64,000 bases of DNA, taken from contig OZ076409.1 of the NCBI GenBank assembly GCA_964187785.1, positions 16,246,001 to 16,310,000 on the forward strand, given 5' to 3'. The notes under the pieces are model-generated. The model was not told the DNA's origin and ran no database searches. It worked only from the letters and a program-made list of their open reading frames with translations. The position numbers were made by a program, and so were the translations under genes. Origin of the DNA: Amphiscolops sp. MND2022. Its lineage: Eukaryota. Within the stretch, counting starts at the first letter, position 1, and each line of letters starts with the position of its first letter. This document shows, piece after piece, positions 1 to 8,282 of the stretch.

Positions 1-480
1 ATGCTAAAAACCACCAAATTTACACTATTAATCTGGAGAATAAAACTGTACAAGTTTTCACTGCAGTTGAAAACTTATACAATGAAAACGAAAACTAAAC
101 TGAAAAAATTCGGACCTTTTTGACTGGAACTTTAAAGTTCTAAATCTCTACAATACCATCATCAATCAACCCAATTCCCAATTCTTTTCGAGCACTAGTT
201 GTTCGCAACCTGTATGCAAAAAACGGGTTTTGAGAACAAACTCCTTCCAGGAGCAAACATCTTTTTTCATACATTCTCCAAACTACATTATACTAACTTC
301 ATACCAAAAAAAAACATTCCCATTTTGGCGCTTTCTCAAAAATGCCATAACCAAGCATCTTCATCTACATACTTAAGTTTTTTCAACACTTCAGTTACTC
401 ATATACTCATTTTATACATATACCTTAGACTTCATTACTTTTTACTTGTAAATTCTCAGTTTTCAATAAATTCTTTAAAA
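1..480 (+). mobile_element. 3' end of ORF1-only element family A (cut by window start)
   Basis: Matches the 3' end of the A copy at 3935-5917; ORF stop TAA at 96-98; ends AATAAATTCTTTAAAA directly before an SL copy. Confidence 0.9.
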
Positions 481-590
481 GCCTAATTGTTGTGATAAAC
501 TTATTAAATAGGTAAGTATTCCAACCCTATTGATAAGTTTTATTTGAAAGCAGACTGCGAAAGTGGTCTGCTGCCCAATTTTTGAACAAG
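481..590 (+). ncRNA. Putative spliced-leader (SL) RNA (regenerated downstream of an insert; 3' end approximate)
   Basis: Exon 481-511; donor AG|GTAAGT at 512; stem I AAACTTATTAAATAGG/CCTATTGATAAGTTT; stem II AGCAGACTGC-GAAA-GTGGTCTGCT at 549-572; Sm site AATTTTTGA at 577-585. Confidence 0.8.
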
Positions 591-679
591 GAACAAGCTA
601 GTCTGCACTAACTTAAAAGTTACGCGTATTTTGACCGAGAAAATTTTCGTATCATTGTACGTAATTTTGTTGTTAAGCA

Positions 680-685
680 TATAAA
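680..685 (+). promoter_or_regulatory. TATA-like box ~27 bp upstream of 5S (recurs in the other units)
   Basis: GCATATAAAGC at -27 relative to the 5S start at 707. Confidence 0.55.
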
Positions 686-706
686 GCTATTGATTCTACA
701 ATGATC

Positions 707-825
707 GGCTACGACCATACCATGTTGAATGCACCGGTTCTCGTCCGATCACCGAAGTTAAACAACATAGGGCCTGGTTAGTACTTGGATGGGAGACCGC
801 TTGGGAACACCAGGTGTTGTAGCCT
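707..825 (+). rRNA. 5S rRNA
   Basis: GGCTACGACCATACC...GGTTAGTACTTGGATGGGAGACC...GTGTTGTAGCCT; terminal stem GGCTAC/GTAGCC; followed by a T-run. Confidence 0.97.
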
Positions 826-830
826 TTTTT
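825..830 (+). terminator. Pol III oligo-dT terminator of 5S (each unit)
   Basis: TTTTTT directly after the 5S 3' end. Confidence 0.85.
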
Positions 831-835
831 GTCAG

Positions 836-1105
836 AAATGTGGTTTAACTTCGGTGACAGTTTTGCAAAAGGGGTCAAATTGAAAAGATAGCAAAAAACG
901 AACAACGCCATTAGAAAGAGCGTCCAAAAAAACCCCCATGCTGAAATTTTCGCCGCCATCACTTGAATTTTCATTGAGTTATGTCATTTTTACTATTTTC
1001 ACAAAATGTGGTTTAACTTCGGTGACAGTTTTGCAAAAGGGGTCAAAATGAACAGATAGCAAAAAACGGACAACGGCACTGGAAAGAGGGCCCAAAATTA
1101 CCCCT
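836..1105. repeat. Two ~100-bp direct subrepeats in the spacer (period 168 bp; recur in the other units)
   Basis: AAATGTGGTTTAACTTCGGTGACAGTTTTGCAAAAGGGGTCAAA... at 836 and 1004. Confidence 0.92.
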
Positions 1106-1309
1106 AAAACGTGTTTTTCACACTCCTGAGTCGACTTTTGATAATACATGGAATTTCATTTTTAAGCTTACTAATTTATGCTTTTCAGCATACATTTTCG
1201 TAATAGAGTCAAAATTTTGCTTTCTCGCAATTTTTCTGGAATATTTTTGTTTCATCAGATGTCAATAACTTGAAACGTCGTCTTTTCATGAGAATTTCTC
1301 CTCAAAACA

Positions 1310-1384
1310 AGTTGTTGGCTGGTAATGGTAAGTCCGTACCGCAGATAGGACTCTCGCGCTCCAAAAATTGACTCTTTGCTTTTA
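1310..1384 (+). promoter_or_regulatory. Presumed upstream promoter region of the SL RNA gene (boundaries unknown)
   Basis: Conserved, relatively GC-rich block (GGTAAGTCCGTACCGCAGATAGGACTCTCGCGCTCC) at about -60 to -23 of the SL start, where snRNA-type proximal elements usually lie. Position-based inference only. Confidence 0.4.
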
Positions 1385-1401
1385 GCCTAATTGTTGTGAT
1401 A

Positions 1402-3005
1402 CTGCGTGTGTCAGCAATTATTTGCTAACTCTACTCTCACTGCTGCGGCAGAGAAGACGAAAATTACCTGAACAATGCCTTTATTGACAGCAGAATTCAT
1501 CATTCCTTACACAAAAGAAGAAATTACCAGCCCAAACATAAAGCAAGCTGTTTACAAAGAATTCCTTTGCAAGCTTTTACATGCTTTATCGCCTACTCAT
1601 ATTGACAGCGTGACATGCATTAAATCGTATGTGTCCAAACATGCGCCAGCGCATGAGCATGAAAAGAAGCTTGAATGCATCAAAATTATTGCTCCAAACT
1701 CGATAGAAAACGACTTCAAAAACCTACTTCTTAAAGGAATTCCTTACAAAAACCGGATAATTTATGCATTCCAAAACAGTGATGTTTATTCTAACTCCTA
1801 CCCAAAGCAATTCACTTTGAAATTCCGCAATTTACCACACTTTTTAGAAGATGGAGAGATCGTGGAGGCTTGTAATCTGCAAGAGTACAAAATTTCCAAA
1901 TTACGCCACCAAAGAGTAAGAATTTCTGACGACATCGAAGCCTTTACTGGAATCTGTTATGCTGAAATAGAGATTGCCAATCAATGCCAATTAGAAAACA
2001 TCAAATCATGGAACCAACAAGCCTTTTTGAACCAGTTTGTTACTAATGAAATTCCCTTCAAATGTTACATTCAAACCTTGTTACAATGTGAGAATTGTAA
2101 CGAAGGAAAACGCCAATTTATGGGCCATCATAAGAAGCAATGCAAACATCACTCAACACAAAAAAACAATCTTAGCAATGAAGATACTGAGCCAATACCT
2201 TCTGAGGAGGAGGAGGAGTCAGCTGATGAACCTGAAAACAAAGCCACGAAAGTGGATCCCGATATTGCTTTTTTACCGTTTTACCTCGATGTGGACAACG
2301 AAATTATTCAGACTGTCAACAGAATGGAATCAAAATATCCTAAACTAGCAGAATGTGATCACAAAGGAGGTGATATCAACATCATTAACGATAAAAAAGT
2401 TGTTGTTAACCAACTAAGATATGTCCAAAAACTATCGGAATCAGCACAACAAGAGATGTTTGAAGACAAAGAGTGGAGAAGCCGAACCTCCTCTTCAAAG
2501 ATCGCCAACTACGATGCCTTCAAATACATCAAAGGAAGACTGGATGCCTTCTTTTACAAACCCGAGAACATCATTTATTTAGTAAATCTCCAAGGAAAAG
2601 TTAGATATGACTTTATCCCATTTGAAAAACAAGATTGATGCTATTTTTTGTAACAAACACAAATAACTCAAAACCCACTCCTTGATATGCTACACCCTCA
2701 AATCCCAAGTCTTTTAAAGTTCAATACCATGCTATTAAAATAGCCAAAAAACAGTTTGATCCAATAACTCCATCCAGGAGCAAACATCACTTTTACCCCA
2801 CATACTCAAGACTACATTATGCTAATTTCTTCAAAAAAAACAACGTTCTTTTTTGCTTGAACTTTCAAACAAGCTTCCATTTTTCACTCAGTACTTTTTC
2901 ATACTCTTATACAGTACTTTGTACACCTTTTATACCGTTTATATCTTTTATACAATTTATACTAACATTTTTGTTAGCGTAAAGTTTACAATAAAGTCTT
3001 CAAAA
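1402..3005 (+). mobile_element. ORF1-only non-autonomous retroelement, family B
   Basis: Flanked by the 17-bp duplication GCCTAATTGTTGTGATA (1385-1401 / 3006-3022); single ORF; ends AATAAAGTCTTCAAAA. Confidence 0.88.
1475..2638 (+). CDS. ORF1-like protein, family B (387 aa; CX2CX9HX4C knuckle, acidic linker, extra C-terminal domain)
   Basis: ATG-initiated ORF; YPKQFTLKFRNLP and CENCNEGKRQFMGHHKKQC align by eye with the autonomous ORF1. Confidence 0.85.
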   Translation: MPLLTAEFIIPYTKEEITSPNIKQAVYKEFLCKLLHALSPTHIDSVTCIKSYVSKHAPAHEHEKKLECIKIIAPNSIENDFKNLLLKGIPYKNRIIYAFQNSDVYSNSYPKQFTLKFRNLPHFLEDGEIVEACNLQEYKISKLRHQRVRISDDIEAFTGICYAEIEIANQCQLENIKSWNQQAFLNQFVTNEIPFKCYIQTLLQCENCNEGKRQFMGHHKKQCKHHSTQKNNLSNEDTEPIPSEEEEESADEPENKATKVDPDIAFLPFYLDVDNEIIQTVNRMESKYPKLAECDHKGGDINIINDKKVVVNQLRYVQKLSESAQQEMFEDKEWRSRTSSSKIANYDAFKYIKGRLDAFFYKPENIIYLVNLQGKVRYDFIPFEKQD

Positions 3006-3115
3006 GCCTAATTGTTGTGATAAACTTATTAAATAGGTAAGTATTCCAACCCTATTGATAAGTTTTATTTGAAAGCAGACTGCGAAAGTGGTCTGCTGCC
3101 CAATTTTTGAACAAG
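3006..3115 (+). ncRNA. Putative SL RNA copy (downstream of insert)
   Basis: Same sequence as 481-590. Confidence 0.75.
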
Positions 3116-3231
3116 GAACAAGCTAGTCTGCACTAACTTAAAAGTTACGCGTATTTTGACCGAGAAAATTTTCGTATCATTGTACGTAATTTTGTTGTTA
3201 AGCATATAAAGCTATTGATTCTACAATGATC

Positions 3232-3350
3232 GGCTACGACCATACCATGTTGAATGCACCGGTTCTCGTCCAATCACCGAAGTTAAACAACATAGGGCCT
3301 GGTTAGTACTTGGATGGGAGACCGCTTGGGAACACCAGGTGTTGTAGCCT
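3232..3350 (+). rRNA. 5S rRNA
   Basis: Near-identical to 707-825 (one substitution, GTCCAATC). Confidence 0.96.
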
Positions 3351-3934
3351 TTTTTGTCAGAAATGTGGTTTAACTTCGGTGACAGTTTTGCAAAAGGGGT
3401 CAAATTGAAAAGATAGCGAAAAACGGACAACGCCATTAGAAAGAGCGTCCAAAAAAACCCCCATGCTGAAATTTTCGCCGCCATCACTTGAATTTTCATT
3501 GAGTTATGTCATTTTTACTATTTTCACAAAATGTGGTTTAACTTCGGTGACAGTTTTGCAAAAGGGGTCAAAATGAACAGATAGCAAAAAACGGACAACG
3601 GCACTGGAAAGAGGGCCCAAAATTACCCCTAAAACGTGTTTTTCACACTCCTGAGTCGACTTTTGATAATACATGTAATTTCATTTTTAAGCTGACTAAT
3701 TTATGCTTTTCAGCATACATTTTCGTAATAGAGTCAAAATTTTGCTCACAAATTTTCTCACAATTTTTCTGGAATATTTTTGTTTCATCAGATGTCAATA
3801 ACTTGAAACGTCGTCTTTTCATGAGAATTTCTCCTCAAAACAAGTTGTTGGCTGGTAATGGTAAGTCCGTACCGCAGATAGGACTCTCGCGCTCCAAAAA
3901 TTGACTCTTTGCTTTTAGCCTAATTGTTGTGATA

Positions 3935-5917
3935 CGGCGTTACTCTGTCAGCCTGCAAACTTTGTTTGCACAGCGCCATCTTGCAAATTTTGCAGCAAAA
4001 GTTGCAAAAGTAATGACTAATTTGAACACGAGTGAGCTTGATCAACATCATAATGAAAATGTTGAGCAAAATTGTTACAAAAATGCAGTTATTTCCTTGT
4101 CGAAATCGAACTCAAATATGGACAAATTACCAATTATTATCAACTTTGCCTTACCACTGACATCTGAAATGTTCAAAAACAGCAAATTACTGGATTCAAT
4201 GTTTGTGGAAGCTGTTATGGCCGTCAAAAACCGACTTAACTCCAATGAAATTACCATCTTCAAAACTACAATTTTACGCAACAAAGGCAATTTGAAGTGT
4301 ATTACTGTGATCATTCCTTACAAACTTGAAAATGCAGCTTCCTCTCTTATTCACGAGGGCATTACTCTTCGCAATCGGAAAATACGGCCTTATTCTGTCA
4401 ATTATTCCAACCCGAACAACAATGTCTATCCAAAAAGATTACCAATATCTTTCCGAAACCTACCACACTTTCTGACGGATGAGGATATTTTGAGTAGCTG
4501 TGGTCTTCAAAACTTCAAATTTAGTAGCAAAAATTTTCATCAACAACGACGACTTCCTGATAGCAGCCTTTTTTATACAGGAGAGGCAAGAATTACAGTT
4601 TTAATTGACAATGAGAATGAGGAAAGTTTACTACAAAACTGGGCCAATAATGCATATGACAAAATGTTTAGTTCCAGTGGCATTTTTTTCAAATGTTGCT
4701 GTATCCCACTCCTCGAATGCTCTTTATGCGTCAATGAGAACCTTCCCAGTGCTCATCAACAATCAAGATGCCCAAAACAACTATCAGACGAACAGCAAAT
4801 ACAGAAAAACAGTGAATCTCAGAACCAGAAGTTAACAACTGACTACGTTATGGAAACTGCAGAAACAGAGCCAATGTCTAATGAACCTGAACTGTCAGAT
4901 TCAGATGATGCTGAACCAATCTCAAAGGCACCAAAGCAGACCGATGATGGTACTGAAACCGAATGCAACAACAACGTGGCAGAAACTGAACAACCATGCA
5001 TTAACAACTCAAAGAAAGATACCATTCCTATGCAAAAACCTAAACTAATGCATCGCTCAACTGAATGGAAATCCTCAACAGACCTTGCCCGAAATCAAGC
5101 AGATGACCAACAGTCAACGGCAAAGCATGGATATCATGAATACCCATTCTTTTTGGAAAAGAAACAAAACAAAATACTGACACCCGAAACTATTTTCAAC
5201 GAAATACCTCCTATAAAAGAACATGTGATCAAAACCCAACAAACTTCTGGCTACATCAATACACTAGACAAGGAAAAGAAAATTCAAAGGACCTTTTCAC
5301 TCGTACAACCACTGAAGAAAGAAAAACTTGAAGATCTTTTATCTGAATCAAACTGGAAACATTCTGACTCTAACACTATTTTAACTTCTCATTTTGAATT
5401 TTACTCATTGATCCGGAAGTTTGATCCATTCTATGATGCTACAAACCACCAAATTTACACTATTAATCTGGAGAATAAAATTGTACAAGTTTTCACTGCA
5501 GTTGAAAACTTATACAATGAAAACAAAAACTAAACTGAAAAATTTCGGACCTTTTTGACTGGAACTTTAAAGTTCTAAATCTCTACAATACCATCATCAA
5601 TCAACCCAATTCCCAATTCTTTTCGAGCACTAGTTGCTCGCAACCTGTATGCAAAAAACGGGTTTTGAAAACAAACTCCTTCCAGGAGCAAACATCTTTT
5701 TTTCATACATTCTCCAAACTACATTATACTAACTTCATACCTAAAAAAAAACATTCCCATTTTGGCGCTTTCTCAAAAATGCCATAACCAAGCATCTTCA
5801 TCTACATACTTCAGCTTTTTCAACACTTCAGTTACTCATATACTCATTTTATACCTATACCTTAGACTTCATTACTTTTTACTTGTAAATTCTCAGTTTT
5901 CAATAAATTCTTTAAAA
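3935..5917 (+). mobile_element. ORF1-only non-autonomous retroelement, family A
   Basis: 17-bp duplication at 3918-3934 / 5918-5934; ends AATAAATTCTTTAAAA. Confidence 0.9.
4013..5533 (+). CDS. ORF1-like protein, family A (506 aa from first ATG; the track's GTG start at 3929 lies in the SL duplication)
   Basis: YPKRLPISFRNLPHF, FYTGEARI, CSLCVNENLPSAHQQSRC knuckle; intact in 8 of 9 complete copies. Confidence 0.87.
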   Translation: MTNLNTSELDQHHNENVEQNCYKNAVISLSKSNSNMDKLPIIINFALPLTSEMFKNSKLLDSMFVEAVMAVKNRLNSNEITIFKTTILRNKGNLKCITVIIPYKLENAASSLIHEGITLRNRKIRPYSVNYSNPNNNVYPKRLPISFRNLPHFLTDEDILSSCGLQNFKFSSKNFHQQRRLPDSSLFYTGEARITVLIDNENEESLLQNWANNAYDKMFSSSGIFFKCCCIPLLECSLCVNENLPSAHQQSRCPKQLSDEQQIQKNSESQNQKLTTDYVMETAETEPMSNEPELSDSDDAEPISKAPKQTDDGTETECNNNVAETEQPCINNSKKDTIPMQKPKLMHRSTEWKSSTDLARNQADDQQSTAKHGYHEYPFFLEKKQNKILTPETIFNEIPPIKEHVIKTQQTSGYINTLDKEKKIQRTFSLVQPLKKEKLEDLLSESNWKHSDSNTILTSHFEFYSLIRKFDPFYDATNHQIYTINLENKIVQVFTAVENLYNENKN

Positions 5918-6027
5918 GCCTAATTGTTGTGATAAACTTATTAAATAGGTAAGTATTCCAACCCTATTGATAAGTTTTATTTGAAAGCAGACTGCGAAAG
6001 TGGTCTGCTGCCCAATTTTTGAACAAG
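5918..6027 (+). ncRNA. Putative SL RNA copy (downstream of insert)
   Basis: Same as 481-590. Confidence 0.75.
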
Positions 6028-6143
6028 GAACAAGCTAGTCTGCACTAACTTAAAAGTTACGCGTATTTTGACCGAGAAAATTTTCGTATCATTGTACGTA
6101 ATTTTGTTGTTAAGCATATAAAGCTATTGATTCTACAATGATC

Positions 6144-6262
6144 GGCTACGACCATACCATGTTGAATGCACCGGTTCTCGTCCGATCACCGAAGTTAAAC
6201 AACATAGGGCCTGGTTAGTACTTGGATGGGAGACCGCTTGGGAACACCAGGTGTTGTAGCCT
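6144..6262 (+). rRNA. 5S rRNA
   Basis: Same as 707-825. Confidence 0.97.
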
Positions 6263-6837
6263 TTTTTGTCAGAAATGTGGTTTAACTTCGGTGACAGTTT
6301 TGCAAAAGGGGTCAAATTGAAAAGATAGCAAAAAACGGACAACGCCATTAGAAAGAGCGTCCAAAAAACCCCCATGCTGAAATTTTCGCCGCCATCACTT
6401 GAATTTTCATTGAGTTATGTCATTTTTACTATTTTCACAAAATGTGGTTTAACTTCGGTGACAGTTTTGCAAAAGGGGTCAAAATGAACAGATAGCAAAA
6501 AACGGACAACGGCACTGGAAAGAGGGCCCAAAATTACCCCTAAAACGTGTTTTTCACACTCCTGAGTCGACTTTTGATAATACATGGAATTTCATTTCTA
6601 AGCTTACTAATTTATGCTTTTCAGCATACATTTTCGTAATAGAGTCAAAATTTTGCTTTCTCACAATTTTTCTGGAATATTTTTGTTTCATCAGATGTCA
6701 ATAACTTGAAACGTCGTCTTTTCATGAGAATTTCTCCTCAAAACAAGTTGTTGGCTGGTAATGGTAAGTCCGTACCGCAGATAGGACTCTCGCGCTCCAA
6801 AAATTGACTCTTTGCTTTTAGCCTAATTGTTGTGATA

Positions 6838-8265
6838 GCCGTGAACAGTTGACTTCTGACTTCTGACTTTCACGAAAAATTGCAAATGTCAACTGAAATA
6901 CCAAATCAAGTACGGAGCTATGCACAAATTCTTCATGAAAATTCAGCTAGTTTGCCTGTTTTTACCCCGATTATCGTTCGTTTCGTGTTACCAATTCCAA
7001 AAGAAATTTTACATAATGGCAAATTACTTGACAAACTGTTTATAGAATCCGTTATTGCTGTTCAAAAATGCTTACCAATTGCAAATGTTTCCCAAACAAC
7101 AATCTTTAAAAGTACAATCCAACGAAAAAAAGGAAACTTGAAAGCAATTACTGTTATTATCCCATCATTTTTGCGAAATGAAGCAAGAGAAATGTTAACT
7201 AAAGGTATTACAATGAACGGCAGAGTAATTCCTCCTTACTCCATTCATGACTCGTCAAAAACAGATGCTGATTACCCAAAAAACTTGAGAATTTCCTTTA
7301 GAAACATGCCTCATTGCATATCAAAAGAAGAAATAATTATATCTTGCGGATTAGAGGCTTTCAGGTTAGAAGAAATTGCTCATCAACAGAGACGGCTCCC
7401 TAATGGAAACCTGTTTTACACTGGTCTTGCCAGGGTGGAAGCTATTATTGCAAATCAAGAAGAGGAATGCAGACTTAAGGAATGGTCTAAACATGCAATC
7501 CAACAAACACTTTCTTGCAATGGAGCGACGTTTCAATGTTATTGCCCTTCCTTTACAGTTGCCAATGACCTGCAAAAAACCTCTGGTATGCATCACGAAC
7601 AATTATCAGAAGCCCCAGAACAAATGCAAGCTACAGAACCCTCAATTCAAAACGAAAACCAATCAGATCCCACAGCTAGTACCTCAAAAAAACCAGTGAA
7701 TTTCGAAGACGAAAATTTGGATTCCACTGGTGAAATAGACAATATTCAATCTGATCCGCCTGCTGAGGATTTAGAAAGTTCCTCATCTTGGGATGAAGAT
7801 TCATCTAAAAGTGGATCGTCAATTGAAAAACCTGCATCTAAAATCCAGAGGAGATCGTCACTCGAACAACTTACATCTAAAACCCAAAAGAGACATCAAC
7901 CGATCTATTATTATCATCGCGAACGAAAAACAATTCTTGATGAAAAAACGACATGGACTACTTACCCAGAGGCAAACTCTCTTCTAGATAACAAGCAGCT
8001 GATTCCTGTAGCACTTGTAACAGAAGAAGAACAAAGAATCATGTTTGAATATTTCCAATTTGGCTATAATTGAACTACTATCAGAAGATACGATGAATTT
8101 GCGATAATTAAAAGAAAATATAATGTATTCAGAATGCGTAAATATAAGAAAATTTTCTTTGTAAATCTCCGAGGTCAAGTCAAAAATGCCGTGATATTGG
8201 ATAAAATACTTTAGACCTCATTACCATTATACTTGTAAACTCTCAACAAAATAAATTCTTTAAAA
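6838..8265 (+). mobile_element. ORF1-only non-autonomous retroelement, family C (tandem with D)
   Basis: Duplication at 6821-6837 / 8266-8282; ends AATAAATTCTTTAAAA. Confidence 0.87.
6886..8073 (+). CDS. ORF1-like protein, family C; probable premature TGA (homologous frame continues to 8214)
   Basis: Clearly similar to family A (KGNLKAITVIIP, YPKNLRISFRNMPH, HQQRRLP, LFYTG); lacks the CX2C knuckle. Confidence 0.8.
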   Translation: MSTEIPNQVRSYAQILHENSASLPVFTPIIVRFVLPIPKEILHNGKLLDKLFIESVIAVQKCLPIANVSQTTIFKSTIQRKKGNLKAITVIIPSFLRNEAREMLTKGITMNGRVIPPYSIHDSSKTDADYPKNLRISFRNMPHCISKEEIIISCGLEAFRLEEIAHQQRRLPNGNLFYTGLARVEAIIANQEEECRLKEWSKHAIQQTLSCNGATFQCYCPSFTVANDLQKTSGMHHEQLSEAPEQMQATEPSIQNENQSDPTASTSKKPVNFEDENLDSTGEIDNIQSDPPAEDLESSSSWDEDSSKSGSSIEKPASKIQRRSSLEQLTSKTQKRHQPIYYYHRERKTILDEKTTWTTYPEANSLLDNKQLIPVALVTEEEQRIMFEYFQFGYN

Positions 8266-8282
8266 GCCTAATTGTTGTGATA

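Noticed and set aside
199..486. Small ORFs in the family A 3'UTR
   Set aside because: Non-ATG starts, and the frame varies between copies with homopolymer length.
481..519. U1 snRNA on the minus strand (ATACTTACCT)
   Set aside because: The match ends after 10 nt and no U1 stem-loops follow; it is simply the complement of a strong splice donor.
696..974. Recurrent 92-aa minus-strand ORF (MKIQVMAAKISAWGFF...)
   Set aside because: It is the antisense reading of the 5S gene plus spacer; it is conserved only because the unit is, and homopolymer indels break it in several units.
1402..1474. Hammerhead or HDV-like ribozyme in the B/D 5'UTR
   Set aside because: CTGCTG(C/A)G...GAAA does not match the CUGAnGA core, GAAA is not conserved in D, and I could not build the HDV pseudoknot by eye.
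3929..4012. GTG-initiated N-terminal extension of family A (534 aa)
   Set aside because: The GTG lies in the SL duplication; in a eukaryote the first ATG (4013) is the more plausible start.
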